A stretch of DNA of 58,274 bases, the filler included, from Sluysia triapertura (taxonomy: Eukaryota), in assembly GCA_046118255.1 (NCBI GenBank). It is 4 parts of 4 records of this genome, joined end to end, with 100 filler letters (N's around TTAATTAATTAA, not from the genome) between each part and the next. Parts side by side here need not be neighbours in the genome. Positions count along the whole stretch, not along the records: positions 1 to 23,177 come from JBJNIA010209590.1; positions 23,278 to 34,200 come from JBJNIA010191462.1; 2 more parts are not named here. One strand, 5' to 3'. Position 1 is the stretch's first letter, and each line of letters begins with the position of its first letter. The notes beneath the pieces are model-generated. The model was not told where the DNA came from. It saw only the letters and a list, made by a program, of their open reading frames with translations, and searched no databases. A program made the translations under genes and the position numbers. Positions 13,685 through 25,248 of this stretch are shown here, piece after piece.

Positions 13685-16600
13685 AAATAGTAGTAGTAGT
13701 AGAAGTAGAAGTTCTAAAGCTGTGATAGTTTGAGGTATAAAATAATATTGAATGGTGTTAAGTAAAAGTTGTATAAAATATTATTTACGGTAAATGTTTT
13801 TAGGGTATAATACATTTGAAATGCATGAATAGGTAATAAGGACATAACATGAAAAATTGTAAGAATTGCAATGAGTTAAACTTGTAAGCGTTTTGTATTG
13901 CATGTTTTTGTAAGACATTAAAGAAAAAAATGTATATTCAATTTAGGTAGTTTTTCTGTAAGTCCAGATCCTCGTGGAAATACATTGTCGCGAGGTACAG
14001 AAGTAATTTTGCACTTACGAGAAGAAGTAAAAGAATTTTTGGAACCAGAAACATTGTCTAAATTAATTGACAAATACAGTCAATTCATCAATTTTCCAAT
14101 TTACTTATGGAGTCATGAAGTGAAGGAATTATCAGAAGCGTCTCCAAAACCGGCCAGTGAAACTACTGTTAGTCTATTTTACTTGGTATAGGCATTAATT
14201 AACAAATACATTATTCACTTGTATATTTATTTTAGAAGCCGTTCAAGTTTTTATTTAACAAAATTACACACACATACACACATACACAATGAATTAACAT
14301 GCAAAATATTAATAGCTAAAATAAAAAAATAAGTGTGTCGAATCCTTATAAACACATTGAATTAAAATTTGTAAGATCCTAATAATTTAATAATTAAACA
14401 ATTTATTAACAATGAATATTTTTAAATTACTTATTAAATTAATTAACAGAAGTATTTATTAAATTTATATGAATCTAATCTAAAATTATTTTAATTTTTA
14501 AATATAAGAAAAGAAATCCTACTAATTTTATAAACATTGAGAAGCAGGTGTAGGAATTACTTTGCATACGAAAGATTTTTGTACTTATCAATGACTATTT
14601 TAACTTCTACTTTTGCTAATTTTATTTTTTCCAGGTGACTAGTGAATCTAATGAATTTTCAGAAAAAGGTGGAGCGTGGAATTGGAAGTTAATTAATAAA
14701 AATAAACCAATTTGGTCTAAGAAAATGGCTGAAGTTACCGATGAGGAATATAATGAATTTTACAAAACACTTACAAGGGACACAAATCCCCCGTTAACTA
14801 AAACTCATTTTGAGGCTGAAGGTGAAGTGTCGTTTAAATCAATTCTTTATGTACCAAAAAGAAAACATTTACAAGCCCAAGCATCTCAAGAAGATGTGGA
14901 AAACAAAAGCGAATTGAAGAGTAATATCAAATTGTATGTGAAGCGTGTATTTATTACCGAAAACTGGAAGCCATTGCTACCGTCTTATATTAATTTTATT
15001 TGCGGGGTTGTTGATAGCGATGATTTACCTTTGAATGTGTCAAGAGAACAGTTGCAACAGCACAAATTTTTGAAATTAATTCGCAAGAAATTGGTCCGCA
15101 AAACACTGGAAATGCTGAGCAAGATGCCAGAATATCAGTACAAACAATTTTGGAACGATTATCGTTAGTTGGATTTCATAAAATGAATTGAATTGAATAT
15201 AAATTTTATATGCTAAAATATTAACTTCTTTTAACATGAATTTTAAAATTGCTATTTATTGTAGACACATCGATTAAGATTGGTCTCATAGAAGATTCAA
15301 CAAACAGAAACAGATTAGCTAAACTTTTACGATTTTCTTCTTCACGTACCTCTTCGGAGATGACAAGTCTGTCAGATTATGTTTCCAGAATGAAACCAAG
15401 TCAAGAACATATATATTATCTGGCTGGTGTCAATGAAAGTGAATTGAGAAGTTCTGCTATGGTGGAGACGTTGCTTAGTAATGGATATGAAGTGAGTGTG
15501 CCAATGTGCACAATTTATGTATCTTAAAATTGTTCGTATGAGTCGCAAAATTCAAAAAATTAATGGAAATAATACTTCTAATTTACTTCTAATACTGAAG
15601 TAAATGCCTCAAAAGAAAATCTTTTAAATGTTGTCCTGAAAATTCTACAGACATGAATCCCACAGAAAATCTGTGGGAGACTGTCAAAAGGAGAGTTTCT
15701 AACCATAAACCAACCACCAGGCCGAACTTGTTGAAACCTTGATAAAATTATGGCATCGCGATAACGAGATCAAAGACTTGCGGCCCGAGCTCATCCGTGG
15801 CATGCGCCTTTGAGAATCAGGAAATTATTGGATAACAAAGTACTGATACAACAGTTTGTACATATTTGATTTGTAGTAAAGTGTGTTATCACATTCTAGA
15901 TGAATAAAATTTCTGTATGTTTTGAACCTCAGTATTTTTATCTATTATTTTACTTTCACCAGAATTTTTGGAGAAAGTATTTATTTTCCGTGACAATGTT
16001 TTTATACAATTTTGATTAATAGTTTCATAGTATCCTTGAAAAATGTTGACTTTTATCACAAAAATAATTTTGCCACAACTGTATTAATTTATGATCAAAA
16101 TATTCCTAATTCAATGAAATGCATAAATAATTTCTCGTTTAAACTACGTGGTCACTTAAACAATAGTAGTCTGACACAGGTGCATGGTTCGTACTTTATA
16201 AAATTAGTTTGGGACACTTAGAATAATAAGTATAATTAAAGGAAAATATATAAAATTACATCAGAATTAAAAGAGGCTACTAGAATCTCGATCATTATTT
16301 GTACCATGTTTTCTTGTGTTATTTGTTCTGTTGTCATAATAGAAGTTAGTAAATTATTCTCGGATTATACTTTATGCAGATTTCACTACCCTTCCGTCAG
16401 GTCAGATGGAACTCCGACATTTATTCAATTCATTGTTACCTAAGACACTATTTGATTATTTTATCTTGCGAACTTTCAAACACTTTAAACAAATTTATTT
16501 TCCAAAAAGAAATTATTTTTCGAAAAAATAATTCGCTTCTAAAAATAGAATAGAAGCTTCTAGAATGTTCTAGAACATTCCATCGATTCCTATTGACTGA

Positions 16601-18594
16601 TGACTAGTACATAATCTTACATCAGTTTAGTGAAAATCGTCATTTGTTAATTGTCATTTTGAAATATACAATTTAGTCGCCATTTTGTTCTTCCTTTATA
16701 TATTTTTTGGGTTGCGAATTTTTGGTTTATAGATCGACAATCAAACATTGAATAGTCAATAATGGTGGCAATTTTATTCGAACGGAACCTGCTTTCAATT
16801 CCATGTTTATCGTAAGTTATTTTTATTAATGTGATACTAATTGCGAAAATTAGTATCTTAAAATCTGCTCAATTTTATTTTTAGAGTTACAGTAAGTTTC
16901 CCGATATATCGAGGTGCAAAATCCACTTAAATTTAATTTATAACAAAACAATTAAAGACCCTAGAGGTTTTACTTGTAAAATTTATTTTTATTAGTTCTC
17001 TGTCTATTCTTTATATTGTACGTAAATTGTAAATTTTTAAATCTTTCTGTGATTTTTGAATAAACCTTCCTGAGTTTATAGTTTCATCATTATTAGAATT
17101 AGAATTTTTAGTTAAATTAAGAAGTTTTTTTGGAAGCAGTTAATTACACAGTTAATTGAGAATTTTATATTTTGATAAAGTTACAGAAACGCCCTCTTTA
17201 TGACATAAGACCCTGCTCTAAAACATTTTGCCGTAGGTTAAATGTAATAAAAACCACAACAAATTTTAATACAATGTCAACAATCTCTCGAATGCAATAA
17301 ACAATCACAATATTCATAATTATCAATTTGATGAAAAAATTGTCATGTCAGAAATAGTGTTAGACTTCAGGAATCGAACCCGGGCCCTCTCGATGAATTT
17401 AAAACATTTATTTTAACAGTAAAACACGTTTTACATTTACAGTGTAGACAATCAGATAACATGGATATATAAGTAACGCTAAATTGTGGGGATCTGAGCC
17501 CCAGCTAACAATTTTTTTTATTATAGTCAATTAATCTATGGCACTTTAAGCCTGTATCCCAATAATAGTGTATTGTACAGAAGACATGGATTATAAGCAC
17601 GTTTCAATTGCAACATTACACTTCCAAGTCGATCCATTTTTGATTGAAAATTATCTTTTTGCACAAACGTTTTAAAGCATGATTATTTTATTCAGGTATT
17701 ATTCTTAACCAATTCTGCAGATGAATATGCGTTAAATTCTCTAACCGAATTTGAGGGCAAAAAGTTCCAAAGTGCTGCCAAAGAAGGTTTAAAATTAGCT
17801 GAATCGGAAAAAATAAAGATGGAAAAAGAAAAGGTCGATAGAGAATACGCCACTTTGAAGAATTGGTTCGTTAGTGGTTACAGCGGACTTAGTGGCAAAC
17901 TGGAACGAGTCGATGTATCCGAAAGATTACGAGATAGTCCAGCAATTGTAGTTACTTACACAAATGGTTTAATTTATTATTTAATGTCTTCTAAATTTTA
18001 GACACGTTTTTACTTCCATATTTAAAAAAGAGATGAATTAAAATAACTTCGTTATATCAAATTAAGATTTAAACGTCTTTTCCAATATTATTCGAGTTAC
18101 GTGAATCTACAATTTGATTTGATAGTGCTTGGATATTAATAAAAGTTACCGTCTGTAGTTAGTAATTGTTGACAAATGTATGAGAATAAACATGAAATTA
18201 ATGTCACAAGTTTTATAATCTTTGTTAAATGAAGTAATAAGTTGTTTTTGCAATAGGAATGACAGGGACAATGGAACGAGTTTTACGAGCACAATCGCAC
18301 AGTAGACTAGAAAACGCACAGTCAGTAGACCAATATATAGAACAAGAATATGCCAAACGGATATTAGAAATTAATCCGAATCATTCCTTGATAAAACAGT
18401 TAAGAATAAGAATTAATTCTAATCCAGAACACGATGAAACCAAGGAGATGGGTCAGTTTATTTTCCAATGTGCCTTATTAAAGTCAGGATATATGTTGGA
18501 GAATCCACAGAATTTTACAAAATATGTTGATACAATTTTGAGAAATGCTTTGAATATTCCTACATCAACGGAAGATGACAATTTGAATATTTAG
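7924..18594 (+). CDS. HSP90B1: Endoplasmin / GRP94 (ER HSP90), 9 exons: 7924-7954, 7992-8284, 8320-8436, 11027-11309, 13947-14167, 14635-15163, 15265-15491, 17696-17966, 18257-18594; 769 aa
   Basis: Spliced translation gives a signal-peptide-like start ([21 protein letters not shown]), GRP94-specific [80 protein letters not shown]. All 8 introns are GT..AG with consistent phase; exon lengths sum to 2310 nt. Confidence 0.95.
7992..8284 (+). CDS. HSP90B1: GRP94 exon 2
   Basis: ...[56 protein letters not shown]; flanked by AG and GT. Confidence 0.95.
8320..8436 (+). CDS. HSP90B1: GRP94 exon 3
   Basis: [22 protein letters not shown]...IKIK; follows the 35-nt intron 8285-8319. Confidence 0.95.
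9342..9666 (-). mobile_element. Internally deleted mariner remnant (GRP94 intron 3)
   Basis: TIR reads ATTAGGTTGGTGCATAAATTGGTGCAGTTTT on the minus strand (9636-9666); partial second TIR CATAAGTTCGTGCATTTTT at 9342; minus-strand [24 protein letters not shown] matches the mariner transposase C-terminus. Confidence 0.8.
9740..10095 (+). repeat. Same repeat family, truncated before the HSE block
   Basis: AAATGGCGATT.TCATT...GATGCTAGTTTA shared with 2267-2301; upstream similarity to 5040-5220. Confidence 0.6.
11027..11309 (+). CDS. HSP90B1: GRP94 exon 4 (ATPase lid)
   Basis: [26 protein letters not shown]...[17 protein letters not shown]; TTCAG acceptor, GTTTGT donor. Confidence 0.95.
12018..12485. 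mobile_element. piggyBac-type non-autonomous element (MITE)
   Basis: TTAA|CCCATTGCGGTCCT ... AGGACCGCAAAGG|TTCAA inverted termini; subterminal direct repeat CGGTCCTCTGTCG twice. Confidence 0.7.
13590..13710. repeat. Compound microsatellite (ATT)n(TGT)n(AGT)n
   Basis: Direct inspection. Confidence 0.95.
13947..14167 (+). CDS. HSP90B1: GRP94 exon 5
   Basis: [23 protein letters not shown]...[13 protein letters not shown]; TTTAG acceptor, GTTAGT donor. Confidence 0.93.
14635..15163 (+). CDS. HSP90B1: GRP94 exon 6 (middle domain)
   Basis: [49 protein letters not shown]; TTCCAG acceptor, GTTAGT donor. Confidence 0.95.
15265..15491 (+). CDS. HSP90B1: GRP94 exon 7
   Basis: [21 protein letters not shown]...[10 protein letters not shown]...GYE; GTGAGT donor. 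Confidence 0.95.
15590..16081 (+). mobile_element. Tc1-family transposon 3' fragment (GRP94 intron 7)
   Basis: [21 protein letters not shown] matches Tc1 P.NSPDLNPIENLW; ends ...TTTTGCCACAACTG|TA (CAG-type TIR plus TA). Confidence 0.8.
16375..16990 (-). repeat. Same repeat family, inverted copy inside GRP94 intron 7
   Basis: Reverse complement of the HSE block, CATCGATT, TGATGACTAGTA, GAAAATCG.CATTT and the TCAC.ACCCTTCC end. Confidence 0.75.
16552..16581. promoter_or_regulatory. Heat shock element (6 units)
   Basis: aGAAgcTTCtaGAAtgTTCtaGAAcaTTCc. Confidence 0.65.
17358..17564 (-). mobile_element. tRNA-derived LTR copy interrupted by a ~95-nt insertion (in GRP94 intron 7)
   Basis: TGTTAGACTTC...ATCGAACCCGGGCCCTCTCGATG, then the insert, then AGCCCCAGCTAACAATT...TTAAGCCTGTATCCCAATA. 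Confidence 0.75.
17696..17966 (+). CDS. HSP90B1: GRP94 exon 8
   Basis: [32 protein letters not shown]...[13 protein letters not shown]. Confidence 0.93.
18257..18594 (+). CDS. HSP90B1: GRP94 exon 9 (C-terminal domain, ends DDNLNI*)
   Basis: [13 protein letters not shown]...[16 protein letters not shown]...ALLKSGY; TAG stop at 18592-18594. Confidence 0.9.
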
Positions 18595-18640
18595 GTAAGT
18601 AATGTTGTGTTTGGTATATTAATAAATTCTGTTTCAAATT

Positions 18641-18767
18641 TGTTAGACTTCATAAAATGTACTGACCGGCACTGCGCAGTTCGGTGCTCTTACCACTGAG
18701 CTATTTTGTTTTATTATGGTAAAATGCACTATCATTATTCTCTGACACTTAGGCCTGTATCCCAACA
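18641..18767 (-). mobile_element. Solo tRNA-derived LTR copy with internal deletions
   Basis: TGTTAGACTTCATAAAATG.ACTGACCGG...CTGCGCAGTTCG...TTACCACTGAGCTAT...TTAGGCCTGTATCCCAACA; both termini present. Confidence 0.8.
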
Positions 18768-19913
18768 AAATGGATAAAAAAATGTAAAGTGAATTTTTGT
18801 TGAGGAATACTGCGGTTCAGTTTAACACGAAGTCGAATGTGGATTCGCAGAATCTGATAAGGCATGCAGTATAAATTGAGATATAATTATCCCTAATGCA
18901 ATAAAATAAATATAAAATGAATCCTGTTGCGGATTATAGGGAATTGAATGAATACTTTTTAAAACGTACATCAGAAAGGAAAATGTGTAATAAGAAATTC
19001 AAAGAAAGTTTAAGACATCGTTGAATTGCTTTCGAAATGTAAAAGAGAGGGATAATATCTGGAAGACGTGATTTTGATTTAAATGTGGTTCCTAAGTTAA
19101 TGTCAAGTGCTGCAGGAAAAGTATTGTCTGTGAATTCAAAAGGAGCAAATATTGATGACTCGTTATGACTCAACGGGGTTCCTGAAATGAGATTATTTGG
19201 GCACTTAAGTGGGCAATTAAGTGGACACTTCACCTTAACAGTGTAGTTGTCACTGGCATGAATCTGAAAACAATCTATGAACGGTCTTAAATGCGACGTT
19301 GAAATAACCATTCGAGTGATGAAATCGGATCTCATTAAATAGTGTTTGATGCAAGGCAAATGGATAGGTTGAAGGTGCAATAAACGAATCTGATGAAGAG
19401 ATTGTAACTGGTTGAGAAAATCTGATGATTTTGCTGACAAATCTAGCAAAATTGAGGCTATGATAAAATGTGTCAATGCAACAATTAATGGAAGCTTATA
19501 GACGTTCAATTTGCAATTATTTTTCAACTCTTAATTTGATAAGAGACGGTGTGATTCGAATGGAAGTATTTTTCTTGTTGAATCTGTTGATAGAATTGCT
19601 CTAAACGTGATAATGATGTTATTCACAATCAACTGTTAAAACGAATTCCTCTGCGTAGAAATGAGGTGGCTGAACTAAGTAACTGTCAAAGTGTTGATCC
19701 TGCATTAATCCAAACTGTTAGGAGTTATGAGGTTTATATTACTCGTATCGATTAACTTATGGCAAGTGCTAATGGAGTTGAGCGCCAGAGGTGCAGAGTT
19801 CAGATGATAAGGCCCGCAAGAAATTTTACTAGATATGTGTTTCACATCGCAGCTATTCCCATAGATGTGTACCTATCAGGGAATAGAACCATGGAGATAA
19901 TTCATAGCGAACC

Positions 19914-19982
<69 letters not shown>
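19914..19982. repeat. (AAT)n microsatellite
   Basis: Direct inspection; similar tracts at ~28615-28690, 34141-34200, 35266-35335, 38089-38138, 42174-42230, 48503-48560. Confidence 0.95.
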
Positions 19983-19983
<1 letters not shown>

Positions 19984-21930
19984 TCTATTTAAAATTATTA
20001 ATAATGATTCAATAACTAAATTAAACTAGTCTGAAATCTCGATATATTTTTAATAATCACAAAATGAATATAAATACTCCCTTAAAAATCAAATCAATGC
20101 CTTTATAAGATGAATTAACAAAATTTGATACTCAAAATGTTAGTACCCGTTTTTGAGAAAACAAATATAATAATAAAAATAATAATAATAGCAATAATAA
20201 AAATATCACTTATAAAATTCAATCAATTGCTGGCAATAAAGCTTCAATTTACAATGCTTACCAAAAAAGTGTTGAAGCAGCTTCCTTATAGCAGACGAAG
20301 TTTTATTTAATCGTTTACATGTCGATTTCAATAACCTGTCTGAATTGGTATTTAGTGACCATTAATTTGATGTATATTTTTATTATAGATTAACATTGTA
20401 ACATATATAAATTTAGAAAATTAATTAAAATAAATAATTTTTATGTTTTCTGCATCGACATGTTTCATAACATTTCAACATTAGTAATACTGATGAATTT
20501 CAACATAATCTAGTTCATGTACTGACATCTTACTTACAACTATTAAATCGAACCGATTTTTAATTGAATTAATTAATGTACTTTTATATTTTTAAGTATC
20601 AAAATAACTAAAGTAAATTGTAAAGATATTAATTAATCTTTATTACTTGTAAAACTAGTATATAAAATTATAGCTACATCTGAAAATAATTATTTTGATA
20701 TTTGAGAATAATGTTCATAATTACTATAATTATTGATAACTGGTAAAACCGAAATAATTGTCTTCTTGCTGAGAATAATTATAATGATATAAATAAAGCA
20801 GATATAAATAAGGCATAAAAATTATGACACAAAAGAACGTATTATCTTTACGTTGTTCTTGTTATGATCCAGAAAAACTAGTTGGAACGAAAACCATAAT
20901 TGTTTAACATAAGTAAATAATTGAATATTCGTCTGGACCAAAAAGTGCAGGAATTGGTGCTGAATAATCTCTTAAGTGCATTATACGTGCCGGATTCCGA
21001 GATCAATTTTATTCTTCAAATTTGATAATTAAAATCCATAAGTTTATGTTTGATAAGTGTAGCCTTATTTAAAGTAAGGGGTTAAAATCTTCACATTTCA
21101 ATTTCGTTATTTCTTCATTTATCAAGTAAATATTAAGAATTTTCTATTGTTCATAATAAATCTTTGGTATTGTCATTCAGTTACTTCATTAAACAGAAAG
21201 AATACGAATTATAGAGTTAAGTTGCATAAACGCTATCAATTTATAAATAAGAATATAGCAGACAATTTAGTGATATTTTGTAATTAATTTCAGCGTCCGT
21301 TATTTCATTATCATGATAATTATTAGACTCCATGCATGATAATTGATTGTTAATTGACATTACTACTGTCTTAGAATCGTCGGTTTAAGTAAGATTAATT
21401 TAATTTCGTTCACATAAATCAAAGTAAGAGAAACGTTAATCTTTTATTGATTTACTATTATCTCTAAAGTTAGTATTAATTAATTTTTTAAATCTTTTGA
21501 TTTTGTATTAATTATTATAATAAAATAGTAATCATAATAATAAAACAATAATAATGACAAAAAATATTGCTAACTATATTAAAAATAATAAAAACAAAAT
21601 TATCTTACTTACATTTATAAGTAGATAATTATTAATAAATAATATTAATAAGACAATAAGTAATAATGTAGAGGAATAAAATAGAATGATAAAGAAGAGT
21701 GTAATTCACATTGTAATCTTGTGTTTTTTATCATCCACAAGATTTTCTGATACATTATGAATTGTGCCATTTTCAGCATTATTGGAATTATTTGCTTTAT
21801 CGAAGCATTTTAATTTCTTTTCTTGCTGAATTTGCCATTCATGTCCTACCATTTTTTGGCTTGTTCCATATTCGTTTGTACGTTTAAAGTCGATGGGATA
21901 AATCCAACTCTGGTGGAGATAGATAAAGAA

Positions 21931-22045
21931 AATCGAACCTGGGCCTTCTTCACAGCTGTGCACTTCGATGCTCTGACCACTGAGATATTAGCCCCGTCAA
22001 TTATGCTATCATTATTTTATAGCACTTTAGGCCTGTACCCCAACA
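21931..22045 (-). mobile_element. Partial tRNA-derived LTR copy
   Basis: ATCGAACCTGGGCC...TTCGATGCTCTGACCACTGAG...AGCCCCGTC...TTAGGCCTGTACCCCAACA. Confidence 0.8.
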
Positions 22046-23177
22046 ATAGCATTATCTCTTAAACATCAAGTGCAGTACAGATATGGCAATTTTACAACAA
22101 ATACGGATAAATCGTCAATGAATGTGTTCAAAGATTTATAAGTCAACCGATTTCATTTTGTAATTAATGAGTAAATGTGGCGTCATCATTTTAATACCAA
22201 ATGTAAGCAAGAAACTGTATAACATAGCTAGGACCTAATTATACCAACCTCTATGTTCTAAATAAAACAATGAGTAAATAACATATCCAACTAATAAGTG
22301 GAATAAAATAAGCTTATGGTATTTCTTGGTATGACTTTGTCATACTTTACTGTAATTTGAGGAATTCGATTTAACCACAAATTATTGTAATATATTTCTG
22401 TGCATACAATCTTTTTAATTTTCCATATCTCAATCAATCAACCTAATGCTACCGATATTTTTACCATAAAATTGGTATCGTTACCTAAATACATAAAGCA
22501 AAACGATTAATGACTGAAATACACTTAAGAAAACCGAATGAATTGAAAGACTTTCAACTGATTCGCGATTGCGTCAGAATTGAATATCATTCTTAAATGC
22601 TAAAAATTCAAACACACCATGAACAATTGACACAGTAACAGTCTTGTCTAACAAGTAAGGATTTGCTTCTAATATATACACACATATTACATACAGAGAC
22701 ACTTTTACATGCATACGTATGATCTTTTAAGAGAAATAAGAAGAATTGAATTGATGAAATGAAATAAACAACAATAGGATGACAATAATTTTAACAACAA
22801 TATTAAATTTTAGATCGCAGTTGTATCTGAATGTTAAAGTAAGTATTATCGTTATTGTTGTAAAAATACATTGAATTTTTAGTTGCTATGTCGTGTTTCT
22901 GATTTATGTATGTTATTTGTTGATTTTTAATAAATTTATTATGTTGAACCGAAGTTTTTTTATAATTTTGTTTATGAAAATCGTGTTTAGTTTCGAATGG
23001 CCCACATTATATTTATGAAAGTATTTTCTTTTTCTTTAATTACTAATATATTCATTTCTTAACTTTAAGCTATAGTGCTATTAAATTGAGATTTTATCAT
23101 CTTTAGGATTCTTTATTTATCTTGAAACATCTGACCTTAATCTTTTGGTAAATTAATCATTTTATTTGGTGATATAT

Positions 23178-23277
23178 NNNNNNNNNNNNNNNNNNNNNNN
23201 NNNNNNNNNNNNNNNNNNNNNTTAATTAATTAANNNNNNNNNNNNNNNNNNNNNNNNNNNNNNNNNNNNNNNNNNNN
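23178..23277. other. Assembly gap with artificial TTAATTAATTAA linker (also 34201-34300, 46036-46135; plain gap 25787-25933)
   Basis: Identical 100-nt N-TTAATTAATTAA-N construct three times. Confidence 0.97.
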
Positions 23278-23352
23278 CGGCTATAGCAGTCATGCCACAT
23301 TGTGAACTTCGCTTTGACGGCTATAGCCGCAATTGTCCGTCAACGTGTTAAA
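23278..23352. mobile_element. Terminus of a probable piggyBac-type element running into an assembly gap
   Basis: GC-rich, direct repeat CGGCTATAGC twice, ends CGTCAACGTG|TTAA. Confidence 0.5.
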
Positions 23353-24876
23353 ATAGAATATACTAGAGAAGAAATTAAATAATTGGTCATTCTCTCGCTA
23401 ACGTCATGGAATCATTAATCAGACACGTAACGATTCATTTAAATTATGACTCCTGGGATCATTAGGTTTTAATTCGGTAATGCTCTATAATATATAAGAA
23501 ATTACATCTTTGTTAATTATGAGTGGTTCACTTTTTACATTGTATAGAATTTTATTTTGCTTTTACTGTCCTATATAAATTCCATCTAACTAGAATTTTT
23601 CGAGACTAAAGAAATAATTCAAATTCAAATTTAAAATTAAGAGTTTATGTGAACTCTGGATTCTAAATAAAATTAATAAGTAAAGTGAAAGAAAAATCAA
23701 CAATTTTAAATAATAGTTACCAATTTTAAACTAACATTATTTTAAAAATCTTCAAGATACATGAAATTGATTAAGCGTATAACACATATGAACACATAAT
23801 ATATATACTATTATCGTAGAGGATATTTTAGACAGAGTAAAGGTTAAAACCCAATGTTTATTATCATTAAACTTATTTTTTTGAAAATTTACAATAACAG
23901 AGTATCAAGATAAATTAAATTAAGAATAAAAATTACTACTCATATAACCAGTAAGTGTAAGAGAAAACTAACTAGTTTAAAGTATAATCATCTAAAATAA
24001 ATATTAAAATACTTTATAACAAAATATCGCATGATTTTAGTAATTTTAATTATAGATTAAGCAATGATTTTAAAATACATTAGACAAATAGATGAGTAAT
24101 TAAATTACAGAATTCCATAATTGAATTAAACATTGTTACATCAATTTAATAAATATTAGTCAGAATGAAATTATTTTTTGCATTAAATAAAATCAATTAA
24201 AATTTGTATTACATCAAAATAATTTATTAAATTAGGTACCAGATATCCAAGTAGTTTTCTGTTATATATTTTAAGTAAATAAAAAATTCATAAATAAAAA
24301 AAATAACGTGAGACATAAATTTGAATCAGTCGAAATTCTAGTCGAAATAATAGTTTGATTAATAATATATCATTGATTACATTAAATTAAATAATCATAA
24401 AATTAAGAATTATTTTTTACAAGGGTCTTACAGACTTTTGAACCATTGACTTCATGATATTATTGATTATTTTTAAGACGGAAGAAAATCATTTGCTGAA
24501 TCTAAATTTAAGAACTTTGATTTAGCCACCATCTAACTAAATAATCAGTCAAGTTTAGAAACCCAAATTTTATTACAAACATGTGAATTGTTTTAGCCTG
24601 CATACAAACTAAATAAATGCGAATTACTCTAAATGAACGTGAAAAAAATTTAATTCAAAAAATTAATCTCTAAAACATCCAATGTATGATGATCTCAAAA
24701 ATTAACAAAAACAATCGAAAAGACAAAGTAACAATTTATTTATTATTTTAACTTTAATTTAAACAAAATGTTCCTATACTGACGTTGCTGTCATCACATA
24801 CAATATAATCTCTGTTGACCTATTATTTCAGTATTTATTAGATTTTTGTAGAAATAATTAGAAAAGAGCCTAAAAG

Positions 24877-25248
24877 TCAACGTAATTTATCATCAAATCG
24901 TAAAAAACTATTCTTATTCATTTCATGAACCTCAAAATATTGCAACAGATAGAAATTTATTTTAAAAGAATGTCGATAGTGTAATTGTTGCTTTATTTCT
25001 GGGTTGGCACATAAAATTAAACATGTTTGACTTTGAGAATATTGACCTATCCTTGTAGTTACTTTCTCCATAATTTGTACAGTTTTCATATCCATATCCA
25101 AAGAAAGATCGTAAAATTGATACAAATCTTCATGTGAAGCATCACTACTTTCATCGTTATTATATTTATCATTGCTATTTCTTATAGTAATTTCAGTTAA
25201 TATATTCATATGTAGCATTAATAATAATAGTGTATTACAATATTTTTT
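24877..25248 (-). CDS. Candidate exon/ORF of unknown function
   Basis: 113-aa ORF with protein-like acidic composition and an upstream TTTTAG; no motif recognised. Confidence 0.3.
   Translation of the reverse strand, partial: KKYCNTLLLLMLHMNILTEITIRNSNDKYNNDESSDASHEDLYQFYDLSLDMDMKTVQIMEKVTTRIGQYSQSQTCLILCANPEIKQQLHYRHSFKINFYLLQYFEVHEMNKNSFLRFDDKLR

Noticed and set aside
13539-13733. ORF with poly-I/C/S
   Set aside because: Translation of a compound microsatellite in an intron
18030-18046. RDELK* in intron 8 as an alternative ER-retention end
   Set aside because: Not a terminal xDEL, no evident in-frame acceptor, and it would delete the dimerisation domain
18592-18594. Stop-codon reassignment (TAG as sense)
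   Set aside because: No in-frame TAG or TAA anywhere else in the 769 GRP94 codons; a single terminal case is insufficient
23222-23233. TTAATTAATTAA palindrome inside N runs (three times)
   Set aside because: Artificial six-frame-stop scaffolding linker in fixed 100-nt gaps
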